This document shows positions 1 through 7,964 of a DNA stretch of 64,000 nt, one piece after another. Position numbers and translations under genes: made by a program. How positions within the stretch are numbered: position 1 is the stretch's first letter; each line of letters starts with the position of its first letter. A model generated the notes under the pieces. It made no database searches and was not told the DNA's origin. It saw nothing but the letters and a program-made list of their open reading frames with translations. Source of the DNA: Bacillota bacterium (lineage in GTDB: Bacteria > Bacillota_I > Bacilli_A > RFN20 > CAG-826); NCBI GenBank assembly GCA_030834445.1, contig JAURFC010000001.1, positions 150,544 through 214,543 on the forward strand. The letters are read 5' to 3'.

Positions 1-1939
1 TCGCTTGTGTTTCTAATAAGCTGACAACGGCGACTTGTTCATCTTCATAATGCGCATACACAATATGTTCGAGTAAAATGTTGAAATCGTCGGTAACAAA
101 GTCATCTTCTGCAAAACTAAAGTCTGTCACTGCATCCAACGAGGATAAAATGTCGATGACGTAAATGCGGTAATTGACATCAATATCATCTTCCACACGA
201 ACGAGTTCGTGGATAGCAATGTCTGTAGCGTAGTCTAACGCTTCACCGTCGAGTAAGATCATATCAAGTAATTTGGCTTCCACATCGGCGGTATTTTCAA
301 ATTGCGAGAAATCCTTCACTTCTAAATAAAGGCGACTCGGTTCGGGATTGACAGCCGGTTGCACAATGGGAACATTGAGCACCCCTAAGGTAATCGCACC
401 GGCTAAGGATAACGCCGCTAAACTAAAGGTAATGGGCGAAAGTAACGCACCTTTTGAAGTGAAATCACGCCCTGAGAAGCGACCAAAGTAAACCGGTTTT
501 TCATCGTTGGTAACATTCGGAATGAGTTTGGGTTGAATGGCCAAGGAAGGAAGTTTTTGAAGTAAACCATATTCTTGGAAGAGTAAACCAAAGAGAACTT
601 GGTTACCAAGATAGACGATGAGTAAATTACTAATGGCGCCAATCATGATGAAGACAGCAAAGTTTTGAACAAGGTTTCCCGCGAATAAATACGCAAATAA
701 ACCAAAGATCAGCACAATAATCGTTGTGTCTAAAACGATCGTTAAGATATCCCCGTTCGCTTCAATGTGGGCTTTTTTAAGAGAACGTCCCGCATACACT
801 TCACGACGGAAATACGTTAAATATAAAATCGAGGTAAATAGACCGAGGGCTCCTATCGTCATTAAACCGACGAGTGCTGCCGATGAAAACTCGAGTTTCA
901 ACCAAACAAAGGCGATGAACGATGCAAAAAGAGATAACGCGGTGGTTGCCAAAACCCCAATCGCAGGTAAGCGATAAAGATAAATAAGCACCCCAGCAAT
1001 CAAGGTGACAGCGATGATCGAAGCGATCAACGTTTGACTCCATGAAAGCGTTAATATTTCAGCAAGATTTAAAATTGGTTCAATGGTAGGTTGAACCGGC
1101 GTGGAAAATAAAAGTTCGACGTTAACAGGTAAGGCAGAGGCATTAAATAAATTACGGTAATAAATGGCTTCTTCATTGGCTTGCGTCACTGCGGCAGCAT
1201 CAAAGACATTATTTGCATTCGGAGATCCGTATTTGGAAGGCGCAATTGCACTTGCTAATTCTTGCTGGGTTTCAGCATCCCACCACATGGATCCTGTAGT
1301 GAAGCGTAAAATAATTTTTTCACGCATCTTGGCATCATCAAGCGAGTCTTCATAGTTATCGGCTTCGGTTTTTCCTGCCCAAAGAAGAAGTTCACCATCC
1401 CCCGACCCTTGACCACCCGCATCTTGACCTGGGTTGGAACCTTCCGCTTCGGTAACAAGCACTTCTTTTAAATAGCTTGGATCTTTTAATGGAATAACAA
1501 CAAAAGGCGTTTGACCACGATATTCAACGCGCGCGACTTGACCATCAAACATTTGGTCATTGGTGGCAGAGACTTCTGTTTTTGTCGAAATCGTAAAATC
1601 AGCATCGAAGGCAAGATAGGTCGCTAAGCGTTGGTATTTAATGTCGGTCGCTTCGGAGACCGTGACACGAATTTGATTATTGCCTTCAACCCAGACGTCA
1701 TACTTACTGACTAACGCATTTTCTAAGCGTTCGATCATCGTATCGGCAACATCACGGACGACATCATCACTCGAATAGAGCGTATCTTCGGTCAGTTTAT
1801 CCGAGATACGGAAGACCATTTCTCGACCACTTGAAAATTCTAAATTAGCATTCAATCCACCTACCACTGAGAGTAAATTGAATCCAATGAGAAGAAAGGT
1901 TGTTATCGATAAGAGTAAGTAACTTAAGAGTCGGCGCAT
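1..1939 (-). CDS. SecDF-like protein-export membrane protein, 3' end beyond window edge (not in ORF track)
   Basis: ATG at 1939 with GGAGG RBS. Manual translation MRRLLSYLLLSITTFLLIGFNLLSVVGGLNANLEFSSGREMVF...VEGNNQIRV gives an N-terminal TM, a large extracytoplasmic domain and a multi-TM block (...GRSLKKAH...TIVLDTTII). Frame stays open to the edge; lies downstream of ruvB as in Bacilli. Confidence 0.7.
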   Translation of the reverse strand, partial: MRRLLSYLLLSITTFLLIGFNLLSVVGGLNANLEFSSGREMVFRISDKLTEDTLYSSDDVVRDVADTMIERLENALVSKYDVWVEGNNQIRVTVSEATDIKYQRLATYLAFDADFTISTKTEVSATNDQMFDGQVARVEYRGQTPFVVIPLKDPSYLKEVLVTEAEGSNPGQDAGGQGSGDGELLLWAGKTEADNYEDSLDDAKMREKIILRFTTGSMWWDAETQQELASAIAPSKYGSPNANNVFDAAAVTQANEEAIYYRNLFNASALPVNVELLFSTPVQPTIEPILNLAEILTLSWSQTLIASIIAVTLIAGVLIYLYRLPAIGVLATTALSLFASFIAFVWLKLEFSSAALVGLMTIGALGLFTSILYLTYFRREVYAGRSLKKAHIEANGDILTIVLDTTIIVLIFGLFAYLFAGNLVQNFAVFIMIGAISNLLIVYLGNQVLFGLLFQEYGLLQKLPSLAIQPKLIPNVTNDEKPVYFGRFSGRDFTSKGALLSPITFSLAALSLAGAITLGVLNVPIVQPAVNPEPSRLYLEVKDFSQFENTADVEAKLLDMILLDGEALDYATDIAIHELVRVEDDIDVNYRIYVIDILSSLDAVTDFSFAEDDFVTDDFNILLEHIVYAHYEDEQVAVVSLLETQA

Positions 1940-2044
1940 AATCTACCTCCGTTATTAAAAAATCGACGATTTCGTCGCTTTTTAACTTTACTCTATTTCC
2001 TCATTAATTTCAACGACAAAAGACGTCAACCTTTTGAACGTTTT

Positions 2045-3046
2045 TTAAAACAATTGTCCTTGATAACTTCGCTTTAAATGTTTGTAGGCTTTTTCTGTCG
2101 CCACGCGACCACGTGGGGTCCGATTTATCAACCCAATTTGAAGTAAATAAGGTTCATAAACATCCTCTAAATTCATAATCTCTTCACCGATCGCGCTTGC
2201 AAGGGCTTCTAAGCCAACGGGTCCGCCTTTAAACCGGTCAATCAGTCCCAATAAATATCGTACATCAACATCATCCAAACCAAGAGCATCCACTTTAAGG
2301 GCGGTTAAACCTTCTTCGGTAATGGAATTGGAGATGGCTTCCGCTTTTTGATAATGAGCAAAATCACGAATACGGCGATACAAGCGATTGGCAATACGGG
2401 GCGTTCCTCGGGAACGTAGCGCCAGGGAGGCAACCGCTTGTGTTTCAATCGGTGTTTGTAAAACTTTGGCAGTACGCATAATGATTTTTTCGATGTCTTC
2501 TTGGGCGTAAAAATCGAATTTTTCGGTAATTCCAAAACGCGCACGCAAGGGGGATGATAAATCACCGGCCCGTGTGGTCGCCCCAATTAAGGTAAAGGGC
2601 GGTAAATCCAAGTTCAACGTGCGTGATGTGCCTTCACGGTTAATGAGAACAGAAAGGTGAAAATCTTCCATTGCCCCATAAAGCACTTCTTCCACGACAC
2701 TCGGCAAACGATGAATTTCATCAATGAAAAGAACATCACCCGGTTCCAAGGAGGTTAAAATTGCAGCAAGATCGCCCGTTCTTTCTAAACTCGGACCGGT
2801 GACGGTTTTAATGTTGCCACCCATTTCATAGGCAATGATATGCGCAAGGGTGGTCTTGCCTAAACCGGGTGGCCCATAAAGTAGGACGTGGTCTAAGGTT
2901 TCTTGACGATGTTTAGCCGCCCCAATAAACACTTCTAAATTGGCTTTTAAAGCCGTTTGGCCAATGTAATCACTTAAGCGTTGTGGTCGTAAGGTAATAT
3001 CGAGGGTATCATCATGAAGGGCATGACTATCCATTATGCGGCTCAT
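2045..3046 (-). CDS. ruvB: Holliday junction branch migration helicase RuvB
   Basis: [49 protein letters not shown]. Confidence 0.98.
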   Translation of the reverse strand: MSRIMDSHALHDDTLDITLRPQRLSDYIGQTALKANLEVFIGAAKHRQETLDHVLLYGPPGLGKTTLAHIIAYEMGGNIKTVTGPSLERTGDLAAILTSLEPGDVLFIDEIHRLPSVVEEVLYGAMEDFHLSVLINREGTSRTLNLDLPPFTLIGATTRAGDLSSPLRARFGITEKFDFYAQEDIEKIIMRTAKVLQTPIETQAVASLALRSRGTPRIANRLYRRIRDFAHYQKAEAISNSITEEGLTALKVDALGLDDVDVRYLLGLIDRFKGGPVGLEALASAIGEEIMNLEDVYEPYLLQIGLINRTPRGRVATEKAYKHLKRSYQGQLF

Positions 3047-3049
3047 TGC

Positions 3050-3613
3050 TTATTTCCCCAACCGTTTTAACGCAATTTTAATAATCGCTTCCACGGAAGT
3101 TTCATCCGCGCGCACAAGTTTAAAGGCATCATCAATTTCTTTCGGTTTAAAACCTAATGCTTTAAGGCCCTCTCGTGCCTCTTCAAAAACGGGAGGTAAT
3201 GAGGCGGATTTTGCTTCATCCTCGACCAGTTTGCCGCGTAAATCGAGCACAATTTGACTGGCCGCTTTCGGACCGATGCCCGGTAATGATTTTAAGAAGG
3301 ACACATTTCCTATGTTGATCGCCTTAATAATTTCACTGGCCATGGTGCCAGAGAGCGCACCCAAAGCCGTCTTTGGACCAATCCCTTTCACCGAAATGAG
3401 CCGTTGAAACATAAAACGTTCTTCTTCGGTCGCAAAACCGACAAGATATTGATCATCTTCACGAAAAATTTGTAAGGTAAGCACCGTTTGAATATGGCCT
3501 AATTGAAAGGCAGAACTTCGGGCAATATGGACAAAATACGTGACACCTTGGACGTTAATAAGTAAGTGGTCTGGTTGTAGGACATGGACCTGTCCGGTTA
3601 AGGCATAAATCAT
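3050..3613 (-). CDS. ruvA: Holliday junction DNA-binding protein RuvA
   Basis: HhH motifs VKGIGPKTA and LPGIGPKAA; C-terminal L.ALGF; adjacent to ruvB. Confidence 0.96.
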   Translation of the reverse strand: MIYALTGQVHVLQPDHLLINVQGVTYFVHIARSSAFQLGHIQTVLTLQIFREDDQYLVGFATEEERFMFQRLISVKGIGPKTALGALSGTMASEIIKAINIGNVSFLKSLPGIGPKAASQIVLDLRGKLVEDEAKSASLPPVFEEAREGLKALGFKPKEIDDAFKLVRADETSVEAIIKIALKRLGK

Positions 3614-3714
3614 ACGCTCAGTTGAATGACTCCCGAGAAAAATAACACGAGTAAAACTAACATAGTAAGGAGTGCTGAGACAAGAACGAGTGTCGAAGAG
3701 AATTCTTTTTTCAT
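3610..3714 (-). CDS. 34-aa single-TM small protein MKKEFSSTLVLVSALLTMLVLLVLFFSGVIQLSV
   Basis: Manual translation. TGA overlaps the ruvA ATG (ATGA); TATAAT lies 6 nt upstream of its ATG; fills the obg-ruvA gap. Confidence 0.55.
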   Translation of the reverse strand: MKKEFSSTLVLVSALLTMLVLLVLFFSGVIQLSV

Positions 3715-3734
3715 GACCTTATTATAAAGAAAAA

Positions 3735-5006
3735 CTATGAACCATGATACGTAAATTCAAAATCGGCCAATCGCACCGTGTCGCCTTCTTGAATCCCACG
3801 TGCTTCCAAGGCTTCTTCCACACGAAGTTCACGTAAATATCGAAACAAACTCAATAAACCTTGGTCGGTGGTCGTATTCATTTTTCGATAGGTTTCTTCA
3901 AGTTCATCCCCTGTTAGCACAAAAAGATGCTCACTCGGACGTAAGATTTCAAAGGGTGTCTTCGGTTTAAACGTATAAATACGTTCGGTCGTGGATTCGA
4001 CGGGTGCAAGGATAGGCATGGGGGCTGAGGCTAACGTTTGATCAATCGCTTTCATTAACGCATCGACACCTTCTTCTGATAAAAGGGAAATGGGATAAAT
4101 TGTCTTGTTTTTAAGTTTTTTTTGAAATTTTTTCAAACGGTCTTGGGCGCCCGCTTCATCCATTTTTGAAGCGACAATAAGCGTCGGCCGGGTCAGTAAT
4201 GCAGGTGAAAAGGATTCAAGTTCATGATTGATTTGTTGATACGCTTCAAACGGATCGCGATGGGACGCCATGTCAATGACATGGACAATAACGCGACACC
4301 GTTCAATATGCCGTAAAAATTGTAATCCAAGGCCTTTACCATGGGAAGCTCCTTCAATTAAACCCGGTAAATCAGCCATGATGTAAGGATTTTCTTCCGC
4401 ACGACGAATGACCCCTAAATGGGGCGCTAAGGTCGTAAATTCATAATCGGCAATGGCAGGTTTTGCATTCGAAACCGTAGCCAATAACGAACTTTTACCC
4501 ACAGAAGGAAAACCAACCAAACCCACATCCGCGAGAAGTTTTAATTCTAGACGTAAGGTTCTTTTTTCGCCTAAATCACCATTTTGGGCAATTCGAGGCG
4601 CACGATTAACGGAAGATTTAAAGGTGGCATTTCCCCGACCCCCACGACCGCCTTTCGCAAGCAAAATAGGTTTATTTTCTTCAATTAAATCCACGAGAAG
4701 TTCACCGGTAAGGGTATCATAGACCATCGTTCCCACAGGGACATTGACATAAACGTCTTCTGCAGATTTTCCATAACGGTCGCGGGCACCACCATTTTCG
4801 CCATCATGGGCGATAATTTTCTTTTGGTATTTAAAGGTATAAAGCGTTGTTTCCGAGCGACTTGCAACGAAATAAATGGAACCGCCGCGGCCACCACCCC
4901 CACCATCGGGACCACCGTGTTCCATGTATTTTAAGCGTAAAAAAGAGATGGCCCCATTGCCACCTTTTCCGGCACGAATTTCAAGTTGAACGTGATCAAT
5001 AAACAT
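3735..5006 (-). CDS. obg: GTPase Obg/CgtA
   Basis: Gly-rich Obg fold (GGPDGGGGGRGG), G1 GFPSVGKSS, YEFTT, DLPG, C-terminal OCT domain. Confidence 0.98.
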   Translation of the reverse strand: MFIDHVQLEIRAGKGGNGAISFLRLKYMEHGGPDGGGGGRGGSIYFVASRSETTLYTFKYQKKIIAHDGENGGARDRYGKSAEDVYVNVPVGTMVYDTLTGELLVDLIEENKPILLAKGGRGGRGNATFKSSVNRAPRIAQNGDLGEKRTLRLELKLLADVGLVGFPSVGKSSLLATVSNAKPAIADYEFTTLAPHLGVIRRAEENPYIMADLPGLIEGASHGKGLGLQFLRHIERCRVIVHVIDMASHRDPFEAYQQINHELESFSPALLTRPTLIVASKMDEAGAQDRLKKFQKKLKNKTIYPISLLSEEGVDALMKAIDQTLASAPMPILAPVESTTERIYTFKPKTPFEILRPSEHLFVLTGDELEETYRKMNTTTDQGLLSLFRYLRELRVEEALEARGIQEGDTVRLADFEFTYHGS

Positions 5007-5012
5007 AGGAAA

Positions 5013-5954
5013 TTATGAAGACGTTTTAATCTCGTCAATCACGTAGAAGGGACGATTTTGTGTTTCAATAAAGACGCGAGATAAATAGAGCGCGAGGATC
5101 GCTAAAACATAAAACATCAAGGCAAGACCGATGCCTAAGACATTGCCTGCTAACCAAATCCAATGCACCATGACATCCACGGGCACAAAGATAAAAACAA
5201 CCAATTGTCCAACGAGACTTACGCCCACGAGGAATTCCCAAAAAATGGCAATCCATGTCGGCCACACGAGTGGAACCGACGTGGTTGAGGCAATCGAATC
5301 CACGGCAAGTTTCACCATACTTTTCAAGTTATAGTGCGTCTCACCGGCAACACGTTTAGGGCGATCAAATAAAACTTCCGTCGTTTTAAAACCTAAAAAA
5401 GGAACTTCTATACGGAAAACACGGTTTCGTTCGGTTAAGCGAATGACTTCATCGGCAACCCGACGCGAAATTAAGCGAAAGTGACCGACGTTTTGAGGAA
5501 TTTTGACTTTCCCTGATAAACGGGCAATAAATTTATAAAATTGAATCGCGGTAAAGCGTTTTAAAAAAGTATCTTCATGACGGGTTTTGCGTTTGGCATT
5601 GACCACATCAAAACCTTCTTCGAATTTTTCGAGTAAATCCTTGATGAGTTCGGGAGGATCTTGTAAATCCGCATCCATGGGAATCAGAGCATCCCCTGTC
5701 GCCGTGGCAATCCCTGCGGCAACGGCTGGTTCATGCCCAAAATTGCGGGACAAGTTCACCAGTACGAGATTGGGTCGTCGTGATTGCTCTGCGAGCAATA
5801 AGGGATAGGTTCCATCTTTACTTCCATCATTGACAATAACGAGTTCAAACGCATATTGGGTTAGCTTTGCCAAGACCTTATCAATGGCAGAAAAGAAAAG
5901 TGAAACCACTTTCTCTTCGTTGTACATGGGGACAATGATCGAAATTTTTTTCAT
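5013..5954 (-). CDS. GT2 polyprenol-phosphate glycosyltransferase (GtrB/CsbB-like)
   Basis: IIVPMYNEE, VNDGSKD, SRNFG, MDADLQDPP, two C-terminal TM helices. Confidence 0.9.
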   Translation of the reverse strand: MKKISIIVPMYNEEKVVSLFFSAIDKVLAKLTQYAFELVIVNDGSKDGTYPLLLAEQSRRPNLVLVNLSRNFGHEPAVAAGIATATGDALIPMDADLQDPPELIKDLLEKFEEGFDVVNAKRKTRHEDTFLKRFTAIQFYKFIARLSGKVKIPQNVGHFRLISRRVADEVIRLTERNRVFRIEVPFLGFKTTEVLFDRPKRVAGETHYNLKSMVKLAVDSIASTTSVPLVWPTWIAIFWEFLVGVSLVGQLVVFIFVPVDVMVHWIWLAGNVLGIGLALMFYVLAILALYLSRVFIETQNRPFYVIDEIKTSS

Positions 5955-5968
5955 AATGTTAGTATAAC

Positions 5969-6000
5969 AAAAAAGACCACGTCTCGTGGTCTCTTTTTTT
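5969..6000 (-). terminator. Intrinsic terminator after rpmA
   Basis: GACCACG-aga-CGTGGTC stem followed by a T run on the minus strand. Confidence 0.75.
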
Positions 6001-6002
6001 CT

Positions 6003-6293
6003 TTATTCAGCAGCAACTTCAACGATGCTGACTTTCGTTTTGGACTTGCCCCAACGTTGGAACTTCACTTTACCAGTCTTGGTTGCGAAGATCGTATCAT
6101 CGCCACCTTTCATGGTGTTGAGTCCGGGATGAATTTTCGTTCCACGTTGACGGTAAAGAATGCTACCCGCGGTCACGAATTCACCATCACTGGCTTTTGC
6201 TCCTAAACGTTTGGAATGAGAGTCGCGTCCGTTTCGTGTGGAACCGACCCCTTTCTTCGACGCGAAGAGTTGTAAGTTTAATGTAAATCGCAT
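6003..6293 (-). CDS. rpmA: 50S ribosomal protein L27 with Prp-cleaved N-terminal extension
   Basis: [10 protein letters not shown]|[15 protein letters not shown]. Confidence 0.98.
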   Translation of the reverse strand: MRFTLNLQLFASKKGVGSTRNGRDSHSKRLGAKASDGEFVTAGSILYRQRGTKIHPGLNTMKGGDDTIFATKTGKVKFQRWGKSKTKVSIVEVAAE

Positions 6294-6296
6294 GAA

Positions 6297-6605
6297 TTAA
6301 TCCTCCTGTTCTTTAATCGAGATAAATTGGGAATACGATGCTTGAATGGTTTTTAGTTGAATCCATAATATTTCGAGAACGTGTTGATGGCTCATTTCTT
6401 CAAGGTTGTCGACTTGAAAGTCGGCTAATCCTTCGGAGAGATGAATGCGGATTCCTTGAGGTTTCAAGGCATTCGCACCGCCGGTTACAATCGCACTCAC
6501 ACCGGCACAGACGAGATCTTCGCCATACGGTGCGCTTAAGGCATGACCCGTCACTTTTAGGACGTAGATACGTTGATTTTTTCTACGTAAGGTGACGTGA
6601 ATCAT
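6297..6605 (-). CDS. prp: Ribosomal-processing cysteine protease Prp (YsxB)
   Basis: GHA...DLVCAGVS catalytic motifs; between rplU and rpmA. Confidence 0.93.
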   Translation of the reverse strand: MIHVTLRRKNQRIYVLKVTGHALSAPYGEDLVCAGVSAIVTGGANALKPQGIRIHLSEGLADFQVDNLEEMSHQHVLEILWIQLKTIQASYSQFISIKEQED

Positions 6606-6607
6606 AC

Positions 6608-6916
6608 TTAACCTTCGATGGATTCAATTACAAGACTCGTATACGGCTGACGATGACCTAATTTACGGCGAACATTGTGTTTAGCGTGATACGTAAACAC
6701 AGTCAACTTTTTGCTTAAGCCTTGTTTTTCGACTTTCGCTGTTACTTTGGCGCCTTTAACCGTTGGACTTCCAACTTTTAATGCTTTATCAGCAACCAAA
6801 AGAACTTGATCAAAAGTGACGGTTGTTCCGGGTTCAGCTTCGATTTTTTCAACAAAAATCTTTTGGCCGATTTCGACCTTAAGCTGTTTACCACCTGTCA
6901 TGATAATCGCGTACAT
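6608..6916 (-). CDS. rplU: 50S ribosomal protein L21 (true start ATG 6916, not 7054)
   Basis: [14 protein letters not shown]...GHRQPYT; AAGGAGG RBS before the ATG at 6916. Confidence 0.97.
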   Translation of the reverse strand: MYAIIMTGGKQLKVEIGQKIFVEKIEAEPGTTVTFDQVLLVADKALKVGSPTVKGAKVTAKVEKQGLSKKLTVFTYHAKHNVRRKLGHRQPYTSLVIESIEG

Positions 6917-6924
6917 AAATAACC

Positions 6925-7018
6925 TCCTTAAACACGAGACTCGCTCCGACGGTCCATGAGCCACGATGGCGCATGCGTTAGGCACCTTGAGAGGCGGTTG
7001 TAGCTTGTGAGGCAACAA
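6925..7018 (-). ncRNA. L21 ribosomal protein leader (cis-regulatory RNA)
   Basis: About 100-nt 5' UTR with CAACCGC...AGGT...GCGAGTCT elements typical of Firmicutes rplU leaders. Confidence 0.7.
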
Positions 7019-7025
7019 CTCCGAT

Positions 7026-7054
7026 AATATAGCAAGGAACCGAGAATTTGTCAA
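7026..7054 (-). promoter_or_regulatory. SigA promoter of the rplU operon
   Basis: TTGACA-17 nt-TATATT with extended -10 TG. Confidence 0.85.
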
Positions 7055-7061
7055 TTTATAT

Positions 7062-7757
7062 TCATTGAATCAAACGATGCTGCTTCATGGAAAAATACCC
7101 TTGCAAGGAAATGATCATATGATCAATGAGTAAAAATCCTAAAGAACGAGCTGCTTCCATCAATGCAATCGTGGTATGAATGTCTTGTTGGGACGGCGTG
7201 CAGTCGCCTGAGGGATGATTATGAATTAGCATAAACTTACGGGTATTGGTTTTCAGTAAATCCACAAAAACATCGCGCATTTCGAGGTGAATGTTGGCTT
7301 GGGAACCTAAGCGTAAAACCGTTTCTCCTTCATAATGAAGTTGATGATTCAATTTAATGACGAGGAGTTGCTCGTCATGAAGGACACCTAACCGTAAACG
7401 AAAATGGGCAAAAACCGCTTGCGGTTCTTTAAAGGAAATTGTTTCTACTCCTTCTTTTTCGATGCGCTGATAAAGTTCAATCATCGCCAGCATTTGTAAC
7501 GCTTTGACGTGAGAGATGCCAGGTATATCGGTCCATTGCGCATAAGAAAGTCGGATTAAAGCCGACAACGATCCGTAACGTTGTACAATTTCTTGGGCCA
7601 CCATTAACACCGATTTCCCTTTGATGCCACTGGCTAATAAAATGGCAATAAGTTCGTGATTTGCCAGTTGTTTAACGCCTAAAGCACGGGCTTTTTCGCG
7701 GGGGCGCTCCAAGTAAGGAAGCGCGGTTAAATGCGTCGATGAACTACTTCCACTCAA
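7062..7757 (-). CDS. radC: RadC/UPF0758 JAB-domain protein (start probably TTG 7757)
   Basis: ERPREK, ELIAILL, Hh[25 protein letters not shown] at 7757 has GGTGGT upstream and overlaps the end of the preceding peptide gene. Confidence 0.92.
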   Translation of the reverse strand: MSGSSSSTHLTALPYLERPREKARALGVKQLANHELIAILLASGIKGKSVLMVAQEIVQRYGSLSALIRLSYAQWTDIPGISHVKALQMLAMIELYQRIEKEGVETISFKEPQAVFAHFRLRLGVLHDEQLLVIKLNHQLHYEGETVLRLGSQANIHLEMRDVFVDLLKTNTRKFMLIHNHPSGDCTPSQQDIHTTIALMEAARSLGFLLIDHMIISLQGYFSMKQHRLIQ

Positions 7758-7920
7758 ATTGAAAACCACCAGGAATGGATGCTTTTCCAGCCGATGACAT
7801 AAACAAGCGATAGACAATGACGGCGGTTAAAGCAATGACCATAACGGCCATCACCGCCCCGAGGGTAACGGGTTCGCCTCCGCGTAAGTGTAACCATTGG
7901 GATTGTGGGATATCTTCCAT
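7744..7920 (-). CDS. 58-aa double-glycine-leader peptide MEDIPQSQWLHLRGG|[43 protein letters not shown] (bacteriocin/pheromone precursor-like)
   Basis: Manual translation. AGGAGG RBS 8 nt upstream; GG at residues 14-15 with hydrophobics at -4, -7 and -12; hydrophobic core. Confidence 0.75.
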   Translation of the reverse strand: MEDIPQSQWLHLRGGEPVTLGAVMAVMVIALTAVIVYRLFMSSAGKASIPGGFQFEWK

Positions 7921-7964
7921 AGATATTTCCTCCTAAGGAGAAATAGGAGGAAAAGCGCCCAAAA

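Noticed and set aside
418-1458. Five short ORFs in the track (418-642, 726-977, 801-1043, 1164-1355, 1255-1458)
   Set aside because: All are alternative-frame or antisense shadows of the SecDF-like gene, which the track missed because it runs off the window edge.
6917-7054. 46-aa N-terminal extension of L21
   Set aside because: It begins at the TTG of the -35 box and runs through the L21 leader RNA; the real RBS precedes ATG 6916.
7758-7817. N-terminal extension of RadC
   Set aside because: It overlaps the GG-peptide gene, which has a strong RBS in another frame.
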